This document shows, in pieces, positions 27,035-36,959 of a stretch of 64,000 bases of DNA. Under the pieces are notes generated by a model, which was not told the origin of the DNA, searched no databases, and worked only from the letters and a program-made list of their open reading frames with translations. Every line of letters begins with the position of its first letter. Position 1 is the first letter of the stretch. Where the stretch lies: positions 40,540-104,539 of the forward strand of contig PLQW01000093.1 in NCBI GenBank assembly GCA_003160215.1, read 5' to 3'. A program made the position numbers and the translations under genes. Source of the stretch: Acidobacteriaceae bacterium. GTDB lineage: Bacteria > Acidobacteriota > Terriglobia > Terriglobales > Acidobacteriaceae.

Positions 27035-27733
27035 ATGTTTGCATCGGTGCGTGAGGACATCGCCGCAGTCAAGGACCGCGATCCCGCGGCGAAGTCCCCG
27101 ATTGAAGTCGTGCTGCTCTACTCGGGTCTGCACGCCCTGTGGGGCTTCCGCTTCCATCACTGGCTGTGGATCCATGGCTGGCAATTCCCTGCCCGGGCGC
27201 TGTCGCAAGTCGCCCGGCTGATCACCGGTATCGAAATCCATCCCGGCGCACAAATTGGCCGGCGTCTGTTCATCGACCACGGAATGGGCGTGGTCATCGG
27301 CGAAACCACAATCGTGGGCGACGATGTCACCTTGTACCAGGGCGTGACCCTGGGCGGCACGGGCAAGGAGCACGGTAAACGGCATCCCACAATTGGCAAC
27401 AACGTCGTGATTGGCGCTGGCGCGAAAATACTGGGCAACATCATGATCGGCGAGAATTGCCGCATCGGCGCGTGCTCGGTGGTGCTGCGCGATGTGCCGG
27501 ACAACTCAACCGTGGTCGGCGTGCCTGGCCACATCGTTTTCCGCGAAGGCCAGCGCGTGGTGATTACCGATCCCAAGCAAATCAACGATCCGCTGTCGGA
27601 GGCGCTGTCCGCGGTGGCCAACGAAGTCAAGATGCTGAAGGACGAGGTTCGTCACCTGCAAGGGCGCGAATCGTCGCCAACCAACGGAACCGACAAACTG
27701 CAACAGGTGATCGAGATGGATTACCAGATCTAG
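27035..27733 (+). CDS. cysE: serine O-acetyltransferase
   Basis: 232 aa with an N-terminal SATase helix region followed by hexapeptide repeats ([51 protein letters not shown]). Confidence 0.93.
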   Translation: MFASVREDIAAVKDRDPAAKSPIEVVLLYSGLHALWGFRFHHWLWIHGWQFPARALSQVARLITGIEIHPGAQIGRRLFIDHGMGVVIGETTIVGDDVTLYQGVTLGGTGKEHGKRHPTIGNNVVIGAGAKILGNIMIGENCRIGACSVVLRDVPDNSTVVGVPGHIVFREGQRVVITDPKQINDPLSEALSAVANEVKMLKDEVRHLQGRESSPTNGTDKLQQVIEMDYQI

Positions 27734-27828
27734 AAGCAGCTTTTCGCTTTTCGCTCTTAGCCTCACGTCGCCCGCAGAGAAATCACCAACTCCACATCGA
27801 TCGCGATCGGGATTTCGTTGCGCAGTGA

Positions 27829-28959
27829 CTACTCCACCCAGTCGGCAATAAAGATGTTCGTCTCGTGCGGGACTTTGCCGTTGCGATTCGAGGCCCACAC
27901 CAGCCGCTTGCCGTCGGAGGTGAACATGGGGAATGCGTCGAAGTCGGGATAGAACGTAATGCGCTGCTGCCCGGTTCCATCGACATTGATGATGTAGAGA
28001 TCGAAGTCGCGACCGCTCTTGGGATTGGCCTGGTTGGAGGCGAAGATAATCCGCTTGCCATCGGGATGGAAGAAGGGCGCGAAGTTGGCAGCGCCGTTGT
28101 GGGTCACCTGTTGCTTGTGTTTTCCATCGGCATCCATCACCCAGATTTCGAGATTGCCGGGACGAATGAGACCCTTCCCCAGCAGCTCTTTGTAGTCGGC
28201 GATCTCCGCCGGAGTCTTGGGATGCTCGGCGCGATACACGATCTTTTTCCCGTCGGGCGAGAAAAACGCGCCGCCATCGTAGCCAAGTTCGTGGGTCAAC
28301 TGTCTAACGTGACTGCCGTCGGAGTTCATGGTGTAGATGTCGATGTCGCCGTTGCGCGTGGAAGTGAAAACGATGTGCTTGCCATCGCGGCTGATGGTGG
28401 CTTCCGCGTTGTAGCCGGGAGCGTCGGTCAGCAAGCGCAGGTCGCTGCCATCCAGCTTCGCGGTGTAGATCTTATAGGTGTCGTAAATGGGCCACACGTA
28501 ACCCTTTGAGTAGTCAGGCTTCGGCGGACACTCAGGACTGGCTGCGTGGGTCGAGGAATACAAGATGCGCTCGCCCGAAGGGAAAATGTAACTGCACGTG
28601 GTACGGCCCTTGCCCGTGCTGACCAGCTTGGGCGTAGCGGGTTTGCCCTCGGGCGTGTCCACCGGCATGGTGTAGATCTGATCGCAGGGAACGCCTTCGC
28701 CCTGATGCTGAAAGCTCAACATGCGATCGTCGGTTGAGAAATACGCCTCGGCGTTCTGTCCCCCGAAGGTGAGTTGGCGAACGTTGCGCAGATGCTTCTC
28801 CTCGCCGGGCACCAGCAGCGAAGGAGAAGAGATGGACGCTTCGCTTGGCTGCTGGGCATGAAGGGGCAGAGATGTCGCGGCGGTGAGCAGCAACAGCACG
28901 GTCAGGGATTTGCGGAACAAATTCGGAGAGATCAACAAAGCGCTCCAATTGGATTGCAT
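27829..28959 (-). CDS. TolB-like periplasmic beta-propeller (PD40/WD40-like repeats)
   Basis: Signal peptide followed by repeated ..DG..IVF.S.R.G..DIY.. units (SRDGKHIVFTSTRNGDIDIYTM, FSPDGKKIVYRA, FHPDGKRIIFASNQ, FTSDGKRLVWASNRNG). ATG 28959 is preferred over TTG 28974. Confidence 0.8.
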   Translation of the reverse strand: MQSNWSALLISPNLFRKSLTVLLLLTAATSLPLHAQQPSEASISSPSLLVPGEEKHLRNVRQLTFGGQNAEAYFSTDDRMLSFQHQGEGVPCDQIYTMPVDTPEGKPATPKLVSTGKGRTTCSYIFPSGERILYSSTHAASPECPPKPDYSKGYVWPIYDTYKIYTAKLDGSDLRLLTDAPGYNAEATISRDGKHIVFTSTRNGDIDIYTMNSDGSHVRQLTHELGYDGGAFFSPDGKKIVYRAEHPKTPAEIADYKELLGKGLIRPGNLEIWVMDADGKHKQQVTHNGAANFAPFFHPDGKRIIFASNQANPKSGRDFDLYIINVDGTGQQRITFYPDFDAFPMFTSDGKRLVWASNRNGKVPHETNIFIADWVE

Positions 28960-29208
28960 AACAAGCAGCGTCAATGCGAACTGCCTCTACGCCATCTACC
29001 AGTCCCGCCTTTGCGGGACGAGATAAGATAGCCCACCCCTTCGGGGCTGGGTAAGTGTCTGCCGTGCCCGAGGCACTCATATTATCGCCAAAGCTTACCC
29101 ACCGCTAAAGCGGTGGGCTCTCTCATTCCGTCCCACTGCGTGGGACTCGATTCCTGCGGTTAAGGCGATTGCGACCTTACCCCAGGCCAACCGGCCTTTC
29201 TCGGGATA

Positions 29209-31071
29209 CTATTTTCTCTGCTCCAGCTTCACGCTGGCGGTGACTGGCTGGCCATCGCGCAAGACTTTCACCTCCACGACTTCGCCCACTTTACTGCGGC
29301 GCAGCGCGTCCGTGAAGTCGTACAGATTGTGAATCGGCTTGTCGCCAAACTGCACCAGGATGTCGCCGGCCTTGAGTCCGGCCTTCGCCGCCGGCGATCC
29401 CGGCCGTACGTCGGAGAAGCGCACGCCGTCTTTCACCTCGCCGAAGTCGGGAATGGAACCGAAGTACGGCCCGTAGCCTCCACCACCGCCGCTCACAGGT
29501 TTATCTTCCACCACGGTAATGAAGGTCGGCCGCGACGGAGCCTCCGCCAATTGCACGGCAACGTCACCGACCAGGTTGAGCAACTGCGCCGCCGACGGCG
29601 CGTTGATCTTGTCCCAGGTGTCGGAGGGCTTGTGATAATCCGAGTGCAGCCCGGAGAAGAAGAACAGCACCGGAATTTTCTTGGCCACGAACGAGGTGTG
29701 ATCGCTGGCGGAATATCCGCCCGCGGAGTATTCGATCTTGAAGTTTGGTTCCTGCTTCTGCGCCTGATCGAGAATCGTTTTGAACGTCGAGCCCGTCCCC
29801 ACGCCGCCGATATAAACCTTGCTGTCCCTGATGCGGCCGATCATGTCCATGTTCAGCATGGCAACGCATTTCTCGAGCGGCAACGTCGGGTCTTTCACCC
29901 ACTCGGCCGAACCCAGCAGCCCAAGCTCTTCTCCCGAGAACGACATGAACAGAATGCCCCGGTCGAGCTCCCCTTTCATGGGAGCGAACAAACGCGCGAG
30001 CTCCAGAACGCCCGCGGTTCCCGAGGCGTTGTCGTCGGCCCCAGGATGGATCTGCCCAATCTGCGACGGCGCCAGCGAATTGGAATCGCCGCGTCCAAGG
30101 TGATCGAAATGCGCGCCAATGATGACGTATTCGCTTGTCTTGCCCGGAAGATACGCGAGAACGTTATTGACTTGCGCGTGCGTGGCTTCGATATCCACCT
30201 TCAGCGACAGTTGCAGCGTTCCGGGAAATGCAAACGAGTCCGGCTTGCCGCTGTGGTTGATCTGCTGCTGGACGTCGGAAAGTGATTTGCCGGCTGCTTT
30301 GAACCAGCTATCGGCGACTGCGTTCTTCACCTGAAGCAGCATGAGGCCAACGTTCTGCGGCCCGCTCACGCCGCCAAAGCGCATCAGCAGGTCTTCTTCG
30401 CCGTCGCCCAGTTTTCCGTTGATCACCACCAGCGCCTTGGCTCCGTGGTTGCGCGCGTTGATCGCCTTGGTAATCAACTGCGAATGTTGCGTCAATCCGT
30501 GCTGGCCGCTCTTCACGCCGAAGATTTCCGGCTCGTAGCGCAGCACCATCACGATCTTGTCCTTCACATCCAGTCCGGCGTAGTCGTCGTATCCAAATTC
30601 ATCGGCCGACGCGCCATAACCGGCGAAGACAACCGCAGCGGTCAGCGATCCTGAAGAAGAGAAACTGACCGGCACGAAATCCTGGTTCAACGTCAACGCC
30701 TGTTTCTTTCCGCCTTCCTCCACGATGAACTGGTTGTGCGACTTTAACTTCGCGCCGGTGGTAACGGTGAACGGTTGCAGATAACCGTTCGTGCCTGCGG
30801 GCTGAAGTCCCAGGCTCTTGTAACGGTGCTCGATGTATTTCGTGGCCTTAGCCAGTCCCTTGGTTCCGGCGCCGCGTCCTTCCATGTTGGGCGCGGCCAG
30901 CGTCTTAATGTCGTTGAGGTAGCGGGTGGAGTCGGCGGGGCCGATCGAAGGCGCCGTCGCCGTGGCCAACAACGAGAAGGCCAGCACCACGCAAAGCATG
31001 CTGCGGCGGAGTCGAGAAGCGTCTGACTTCGACAGGAATGTATGCGACAGGAAAGACATTTTAGTAGACAT
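29209..31071 (-). CDS. M28-family zinc aminopeptidase with PA domain and C-terminal PDZ domain
   Basis: 620 aa with a signal peptide and M28 ligand motifs (GAHFDHLG, GADDNASGTAG, FSGEELGLLGS, LNMDMIG). The C-terminal GSPAAKAGLKAGDILVQFGDKPI is PDZ-like. Confidence 0.85.
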   Translation of the reverse strand: MSTKMSFLSHTFLSKSDASRLRRSMLCVVLAFSLLATATAPSIGPADSTRYLNDIKTLAAPNMEGRGAGTKGLAKATKYIEHRYKSLGLQPAGTNGYLQPFTVTTGAKLKSHNQFIVEEGGKKQALTLNQDFVPVSFSSSGSLTAAVVFAGYGASADEFGYDDYAGLDVKDKIVMVLRYEPEIFGVKSGQHGLTQHSQLITKAINARNHGAKALVVINGKLGDGEEDLLMRFGGVSGPQNVGLMLLQVKNAVADSWFKAAGKSLSDVQQQINHSGKPDSFAFPGTLQLSLKVDIEATHAQVNNVLAYLPGKTSEYVIIGAHFDHLGRGDSNSLAPSQIGQIHPGADDNASGTAGVLELARLFAPMKGELDRGILFMSFSGEELGLLGSAEWVKDPTLPLEKCVAMLNMDMIGRIRDSKVYIGGVGTGSTFKTILDQAQKQEPNFKIEYSAGGYSASDHTSFVAKKIPVLFFFSGLHSDYHKPSDTWDKINAPSAAQLLNLVGDVAVQLAEAPSRPTFITVVEDKPVSGGGGGYGPYFGSIPDFGEVKDGVRFSDVRPGSPAAKAGLKAGDILVQFGDKPIHNLYDFTDALRRSKVGEVVEVKVLRDGQPVTASVKLEQRK

Positions 31072-31545
31072 GGGCAGCGCCCGAATCGTACTCAGGGGGA
31101 GAGAGGCGTGTCAATGACGCCCGGGAGGCCGTTAGAGCGGGCCTCCCTGAAATCCGCTGTACCTTCCGACTGCTCCTTAACGCCAAACTGAAACGCTGAG
31201 AATTCAAGTTAGTTGACTGTACCCAAATTTGTGTCATGCTGTGGAACATGAAAAGGAAGAAAGTCGATCCCGTCGCGTACGCAGCCAAGTTGCGTAAGGA
31301 TGCGGAGAAGATGCAAGCGATGAGTGAGGCATTCGGCTCGCACCAGAAATTGCCCCTCGAGCAAAGCCGAACACCTACGCGGAAAACCAAGAAGACATAG
31401 CAGTCATATGGAACAGCCTCCTGCCGTTTATCTCCTCAGGGGGCTCGTCCTCTTGCAAAGCCGCTGGGACCGCAGGTCCCTCCACTCCACTCCGCTTCGC
31501 GTCGGTCGGGATGAACAATCCTATGCGCCGGGTAGCACGTTTCTT

Positions 31546-32262
31546 CTAGGTCAGTGCCGCGCCAAGTTTGCCATTCCTACCATTGCCTCCACCAACCGTT
31601 CGCTTCGTTGAGCGCGGGGGATGTGATCCGTTCTTCGTCGCTCCGTTCAGCACCAGGTGGCAGATTTCGGCTACGTAGTCCTCGGTCAATTGGGCGTGGC
31701 GAATGAGAAAGCGCATATAGATTGCGCCGTAGAGAACGTCGAGAAGCAGATCGAGATCCAAGTTGCGGGGGAGTTCACCGCGTTCCATCCCCCGTCGAAG
31801 TGTTTGGTAGGCTTCCTGCCGCCGGGGTCTAAGAAAGCGCTCGCGAAAGGCTTGGATGAGACCGGGGTCGGACTGGCCACCCGCAATAACGGCCGACACG
31901 ATGCGACCGCGGCGCGAACGAAGGACCGCTAGGAATTGATTCATCTGCAAGCTCATGTCCTTGTAGACTGAGCCGCTGTCGGCGAAGTGCAATTCGTCTT
32001 CCGCACTGGAAGCGAACGCGTCAACCACCAGAGCGCCCTTGTCGGGCCACCAGCGATAGACCGTCGCCTTGCCCACGCCGGCGTGAGCCGCGACGGCCTC
32101 AATCGAGAGTTCCGCGAAACCCGTGCGCTGCAACAACCGGCTGGTGCTCCGCAGGATGGCCTGGCGTGCCTGTTCGCTGCGGGGCCGTCCCGGCAGGCGT
32201 TTGCCGCCGGCGTTATTTCCGGGCTGCGACTGCTTTTGAACAGACGACTGCGTTTGCCGCAT
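31546..32262 (-). CDS. TetR/AcrR-family transcriptional regulator
   Basis: 238 aa with the HTH segment GFAELSIEAVAAHAGVGKATVYRWWPDKGAL. It is divergent from the RND pump gene. Confidence 0.88.
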   Translation of the reverse strand: MRQTQSSVQKQSQPGNNAGGKRLPGRPRSEQARQAILRSTSRLLQRTGFAELSIEAVAAHAGVGKATVYRWWPDKGALVVDAFASSAEDELHFADSGSVYKDMSLQMNQFLAVLRSRRGRIVSAVIAGGQSDPGLIQAFRERFLRPRRQEAYQTLRRGMERGELPRNLDLDLLLDVLYGAIYMRFLIRHAQLTEDYVAEICHLVLNGATKNGSHPPRSTKRTVGGGNGRNGKLGAALT

Positions 32263-32373
32263 GGCTCACCATAGCATATATTGAATCCAATACGTACCGT
32301 ATCGTATCTGAGACTTTTGTAGCTCTTGCAAGCGGCCTGCCGATCCGGCCCTGATTGGAGTCGTACCCGACCG

Positions 32374-35300
32374 ATGTGGATTGTTGCCCTCGCGCTTCGG
32401 CGTCCCTATACCTTCGTTGTGATGGCGCTGGTGCTCATCATCCTGACGCCGATCGTCGTGCTGCGCACTCCAGTTGATATTTTTCCCGACATCAACATTC
32501 CGGTGGTCAGCGTGGTGTGGAACTTCGGCGGGTTCGCGCCCTCGGACATGGCCGACCGCATCGTCACCAACTCCGAGCGTGGCATTACCATCACGGTCAA
32601 CGACATCGAGCACATCGAATCGCAGTCGGTCGCCGGCGTCGGCGTCATCAAGATTTTTTTCCGGCCGCAGGCCAACATCCAGACGGCGCTGGCCCAGGTG
32701 ACTGCGATCGTGCAAACCACGGTGCGCGGCCTGCCGCCAGGGACCACGCCGCCGCTGGTCATCTCCTACTCGGCATCGTCCACGCCGGTGGTGCAGCTTG
32801 GACTCAGCAGCAAGACCATTCCCGAGCAGGTGCTGTTCGACTTGGGCCAGAACTTTCTGCGCAACCAACTGGCCACCGTACATGGCGCGGCCACGCCCTA
32901 TCCCTACGGCGGCAAGATACGCCAGGTCCAGGTTGACCTCGACCTGCCGCGGCTGCAGGCCAACGGTCTTTCTCCCACCGACATTGTTAATGCCATCAAC
33001 ACGCAAAATCTGATTACCCCCAGCGGCACCGCCAAGGTAGGGCCGCTGGAATATCAGGTCGAGATGAACAGCAGTCCGCAGACCATCGCGGAATTGAACG
33101 ATCTGCCGGTCAAGACGGTGAACGGCTCGACCATCTACATGCGCGACGTGGCCCACATCCGCGACGGCTTTGCGCCGCAAACCAACATCGTGCGCCAGGA
33201 TGGCGTGCGCGGCACCCTGATGTCGATCTACAAAATCGGCGGCGCGTCCACCCTCTCCATTGTGGATGCTGTAAAGAAAACCATACCGATTGCCGCACAA
33301 TCATTGCCCCGCGACATCACCATCAAACCGCTGTTCGATCAGTCGCTGTTTGTGCGCGCTTCCATCAACGGTGTGTTGAAGGAGGCGGTGACCGCCGCCG
33401 CTCTAACTGCGGTCATGATCCTGATGTTTCTGGGAGACTGGCGTCCCACAATCGTCATCTCCATTTCCATCCCGCTCTCCATTTTTGTTTCGGTGCTTCT
33501 GCTGAGTGCCCTGGGCGAGACCATCAACATCATGACGCTCGGAGGCCTGGCCCTGGCGGTCGGCATCCTGGTGGACGACGCCACTGTCGAGATCGAGAAC
33601 ATCGAGCGCAACCTTGCGCAAGGCAAGGAGATGAAGAAGGCCATCCTGGATGGCGCTTCCCAGATCGCGGTGCCGGCGTTTGTGTCCACCCTGTGTATCT
33701 GCATCGTGTTCGTGCCCATGTTCTTCCTCACCGGCGTTGCCCGCTACCTGTTCGTACCGTTGGCGGAAGCCGTTGTGTTCGCGATGCTGGCATCCTATTT
33801 CCTTTCGCGGACTTTGATCCCTACGCTGGTGATGTACATCATGCGCGGGCACGAGCATCGTGCCGCCGGGCCCAAAACAATCTTTGGCCGCTATCAGCGC
33901 GGGTTCGAGCGCGGGTTCGACAAGTTCCGCAACGCCTACTACCAGCTTCTGGAAACCACCCTCGAAAATCGCAAGCTTTTCGCGGCCTGCTTTCTCGCAT
34001 TCTGCGTGCTTTCGCTGGGACTGGTTTTCTTCCTGGGCGAAGACTTCTTCCCTACGGTTGACGCCGGCCTGATGCGTCTGCACATGCGCGCTCGCGCAGG
34101 CCTGCGCGTGGAAGAGACGGCGCGTTTGGCCGATGAGGTGGAAAAGTATCTACGGCAACAGATCCCGAAAGACGAAGTGGTGACCATCCTCGACAATATC
34201 GGGCTGCCGTATTCGGGGATCAATCTGTCATTCAGCAACTCGGGCGTCATCGGCACCAGCGATGCGGAGATCCTGGTCGGCCTCAATGCCGAGCATCATC
34301 ACTCCACTGAGGGCTACATCCGGAGATTGCGGGAAGACTTGCCCCGCCAATTCCCCAGCGTGGAGTTCTTCTTTCAGCCGGCCGATATCGTGACCCAGAT
34401 TCTCAACTTTGGATTGCCCGCACCGATTGACATCCAGGTCACCGGTCAGGACATGCAGGGCAACTACGTCATCGCCCAGCAAATCGCCAACCGTCTGCGT
34501 CACGTGAACGGAGCTGCCGATGTGCACGTGCAACAGATGCTCAGTTTGCCGACCCTGCATCTTCAGATTGACCGCACCAAGACCACGCAAGTGGGAATGA
34601 ATGCGCGCGACGTGGCGCAGAGCGTGCTGGTCTCGTTGAGCGGCAGTTTCCAGACCGCGCCTAACTTCTGGTTGAATCCGAAGAACGGCGTGACCTACCA
34701 GGTGGCGGTGCAGTCTCCGCAATACCGCATGACCTCGCTGCAAGACCTGATGGATATGCCGGTGAACAACCCCAGTGTGCAGAACTCGCAGGTGCTGGGC
34801 AACCTGGTGCAATTGACTCCAGTCGCCCGGCCGGTAGTGGTCTCGCATTACAACGTGCAGCCGGTAATTGATGTTTACGAAAGCACGCAGGGCCGTGACC
34901 TGGGCGCGGTAGCCAAGGACACGATGAAGGTGCTGCAGCCTTTCGAGCAGCATTTGCCACGCGGCACGAGCATCATAGTTCGTGGCCAGGTGGAGACCAT
35001 GCAGTCGTCGTTCATTGGCTTGGGCATCGGACTGCTGATGGCGATCTCGCTGGTGTACTTCCTGATCGTGGTGAACTTTCAGTCATGGCTCGATCCCTTC
35101 ATCATCATCACCGCCCTGCCGGGAGCGCTGGCCGGCATCTGCTGGATCCTGCTGCTGACGCACACCACGTTGAGCGTGCCGTCGCTGACCGGCGCGGTGA
35201 TGTGCATGGGCGTGGCCACGGCCAACTCGATCTTGCTGGTTTCGTTTGCCCGCGAGCGCATGAATGCCGGCATACCTTCGGCGCAAGCCGCGCTGGAAGC

Positions 35301-35532
35301 GGGCTACACTCGAATTCGTCCGGTGCTGATGACGGCCCTGGCGATGATCATCGGCATGGTGCCGATGTCGCTGGGCCTGGGCGAAGGTGGCGAACAGAAC
35401 GCGCCGTTGGGCCGCGCGGTGATCGGGGGATTGTTGTTCGCCACCGTGGCAACCCTGTTTTTTGTGCCATCCATCTTTGCCATGATTCACGGCCATCGAG
35501 AGGCAAAGGAGAGGAAAGCAATTAGCAACTAG
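32374..35532 (+). CDS. RND multidrug efflux pump, inner-membrane component (AcrB/HAE1-like)
   Basis: About 1050 aa with 12 TM helices and two large periplasmic loops. The N-terminus MWIVALALRRPYTFVVMALVLIIL is typical of the family. ATG 32374 with GGAG upstream is preferred over the track start at 32326. Confidence 0.95.
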   Translation: MWIVALALRRPYTFVVMALVLIILTPIVVLRTPVDIFPDINIPVVSVVWNFGGFAPSDMADRIVTNSERGITITVNDIEHIESQSVAGVGVIKIFFRPQANIQTALAQVTAIVQTTVRGLPPGTTPPLVISYSASSTPVVQLGLSSKTIPEQVLFDLGQNFLRNQLATVHGAATPYPYGGKIRQVQVDLDLPRLQANGLSPTDIVNAINTQNLITPSGTAKVGPLEYQVEMNSSPQTIAELNDLPVKTVNGSTIYMRDVAHIRDGFAPQTNIVRQDGVRGTLMSIYKIGGASTLSIVDAVKKTIPIAAQSLPRDITIKPLFDQSLFVRASINGVLKEAVTAAALTAVMILMFLGDWRPTIVISISIPLSIFVSVLLLSALGETINIMTLGGLALAVGILVDDATVEIENIERNLAQGKEMKKAILDGASQIAVPAFVSTLCICIVFVPMFFLTGVARYLFVPLAEAVVFAMLASYFLSRTLIPTLVMYIMRGHEHRAAGPKTIFGRYQRGFERGFDKFRNAYYQLLETTLENRKLFAACFLAFCVLSLGLVFFLGEDFFPTVDAGLMRLHMRARAGLRVEETARLADEVEKYLRQQIPKDEVVTILDNIGLPYSGINLSFSNSGVIGTSDAEILVGLNAEHHHSTEGYIRRLREDLPRQFPSVEFFFQPADIVTQILNFGLPAPIDIQVTGQDMQGNYVIAQQIANRLRHVNGAADVHVQQMLSLPTLHLQIDRTKTTQVGMNARDVAQSVLVSLSGSFQTAPNFWLNPKNGVTYQVAVQSPQYRMTSLQDLMDMPVNNPSVQNSQVLGNLVQLTPVARPVVVSHYNVQPVIDVYESTQGRDLGAVAKDTMKVLQPFEQHLPRGTSIIVRGQVETMQSSFIGLGIGLLMAISLVYFLIVVNFQSWLDPFIIITALPGALAGICWILLLTHTTLSVPSLTGAVMCMGVATANSILLVSFARERMNAGIPSAQAALEAGYTRIRPVLMTALAMIIGMVPMSLGLGEGGEQNAPLGRAVIGGLLFATVATLFFVPSIFAMIHGHREAKERKAISN

Positions 35533-35716
35533 CAATTGGCAGTTAGCAACTAGCAACTAGCAACTAGTAACTAGTATTTCAGCAGCTTGGAGCACGCAGT
35601 TTGCAACTAATAATAGGAACATCGAGGCCAAAAATTCGAAGGGATGAAGGCAGCCACGCGCCAGCACTAGCGACCGACTTGCACGGTTTGGCTAATTGCT
35701 AACTGCTAATTGCCAG
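35518..35716. repeat. hairpin cassette between the RND pump and adaptor genes
   Basis: The left array has 8 units (gcaatta gcaacta gcaattg gcagtta gcaacta gcaacta gcaacta gtaacta) at 35518..35574. The right array (ctaattg ctaactg ctaattg ccag) at 35689..35716 is its imperfect reverse complement. The last 4 codons and the TAG stop of the pump gene lie inside the left array. Confidence 0.85.
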
Positions 35717-35732
35717 TCCGAAGGACTCACAT

Positions 35733-36959
35733 ATGGATTCTCGTTCAAATCAAACTGACGTTGTGGAACCCGAACAGCACGCGGCCGAAATCACGCCGCC
35801 GCCCAAGCTTCCTGCGGCAGCGCCGCGCAAGGCACTGCTGATGATCGCCGCAGTGCTGCTGGTGTTGGTGGTAGGGGCGGTGATCGCCATGCTGATGCGT
35901 AGGCACGACAGCGATGTTCTGGCGAAGGAAACGGAGCGCGAATCGGTTCCGACCGTGGCCGTGATTCATCCCACGTCGGAGAAGCCTGACGAGGAACTGG
36001 TGTTGCCGGGTTCGTTGCAGGCGTTCGAGGAGTCTCCCATCTACGCCCGCACCAACGGCTACCTGTTGCGCTGGTACAAAGACATTGGCAGCCGGGTGAC
36101 CAAGGGCGAACTGCTGGCCGACATCGATACTCCGGAAGTGGACCAGGAGTTGATGCAGGCCCGGGCGACGCGCCAGCAGATCGTGGCCCAGATGGACCTG
36201 GCCAAAATCAATTCCGACCGTTATCTCAGCCTGCGCACGACCGATTCGGTTTCGCAGCAGGAAGCCGATCAGCAGGCCAGCGGCTATCAACAGGCCAAGG
36301 CCAACCTGGACGCAAATGACGCCAACGTTCGCCGTCTGGAAGAACTGGAGGCGTTCAAACACGTGTACGCGCCGTTCAGCGGAGTGCTGACCAAACGCAA
36401 CGTCGATCCCGGCGCCTTGATCAACGCCGGTGGCACCGGCAAGGAACTTTTTGACATGGCCCGCGTCGATCCGTTGCGGGTGTACGTCAGCGTCCCGCAA
36501 AGTTACGCGCCCGCCATCAAGAACGGAATGGAGGCCTGGGTAACGCTGCAGGAATTGCCGGAACAGAAGTTTAAGGGAACGGTAGCGCGCACCGCGGAAT
36601 CCATCGATCCCATCACGCGCACGTTGCTGACGGAGGTCGACGTGCCTAACAAAGATGGACACCTATTACCGGGCTCCTTCGGCGAAGTTCATTTCAGGCC
36701 GGGCATCAGCGGGCAGAAGGTCACGCTGCCGGTCAACGCCATGCTCTTCCGCCAGGAAGGCACGCGTGTGGCCGTGGTTGGCAGCGACAACAAGGTGCGA
36801 CTGCGCCCCATCACCATCGGCCGGGACTACGGCAATACCCTCGAGATACTGGGCGGCGTGGGTGTCGAGGACCAGGTGGTCGTCAATCCCGCCGATTCGC
36901 TGGAAGAAGGCCAACAGGTCAACGTCGCTCCCCAAAGCCAGGGAGGCAATCCGTCATGA
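35733..36959 (+). CDS. RND efflux periplasmic adaptor (HlyD/AcrA family)
   Basis: 408 aa with an N-terminal TM anchor, a lipoyl-like domain (GELLADIDTPE), a coiled-coil hairpin and a beta-barrel. AAGGA RBS. Confidence 0.9.
   Translation: MDSRSNQTDVVEPEQHAAEITPPPKLPAAAPRKALLMIAAVLLVLVVGAVIAMLMRRHDSDVLAKETERESVPTVAVIHPTSEKPDEELVLPGSLQAFEESPIYARTNGYLLRWYKDIGSRVTKGELLADIDTPEVDQELMQARATRQQIVAQMDLAKINSDRYLSLRTTDSVSQQEADQQASGYQQAKANLDANDANVRRLEELEAFKHVYAPFSGVLTKRNVDPGALINAGGTGKELFDMARVDPLRVYVSVPQSYAPAIKNGMEAWVTLQELPEQKFKGTVARTAESIDPITRTLLTEVDVPNKDGHLLPGSFGEVHFRPGISGQKVTLPVNAMLFRQEGTRVAVVGSDNKVRLRPITIGRDYGNTLEILGGVGVEDQVVVNPADSLEEGQQVNVAPQSQGGNPS

Noticed and set aside
35518-35716. Possibility that the short-period arrays are CRISPR repeats
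   Set aside because: The period is 7-8 nt with no unique spacers, the arrays are 25-75 nt long, and no cas genes are present. These are microsatellite-like arrays, not CRISPR.
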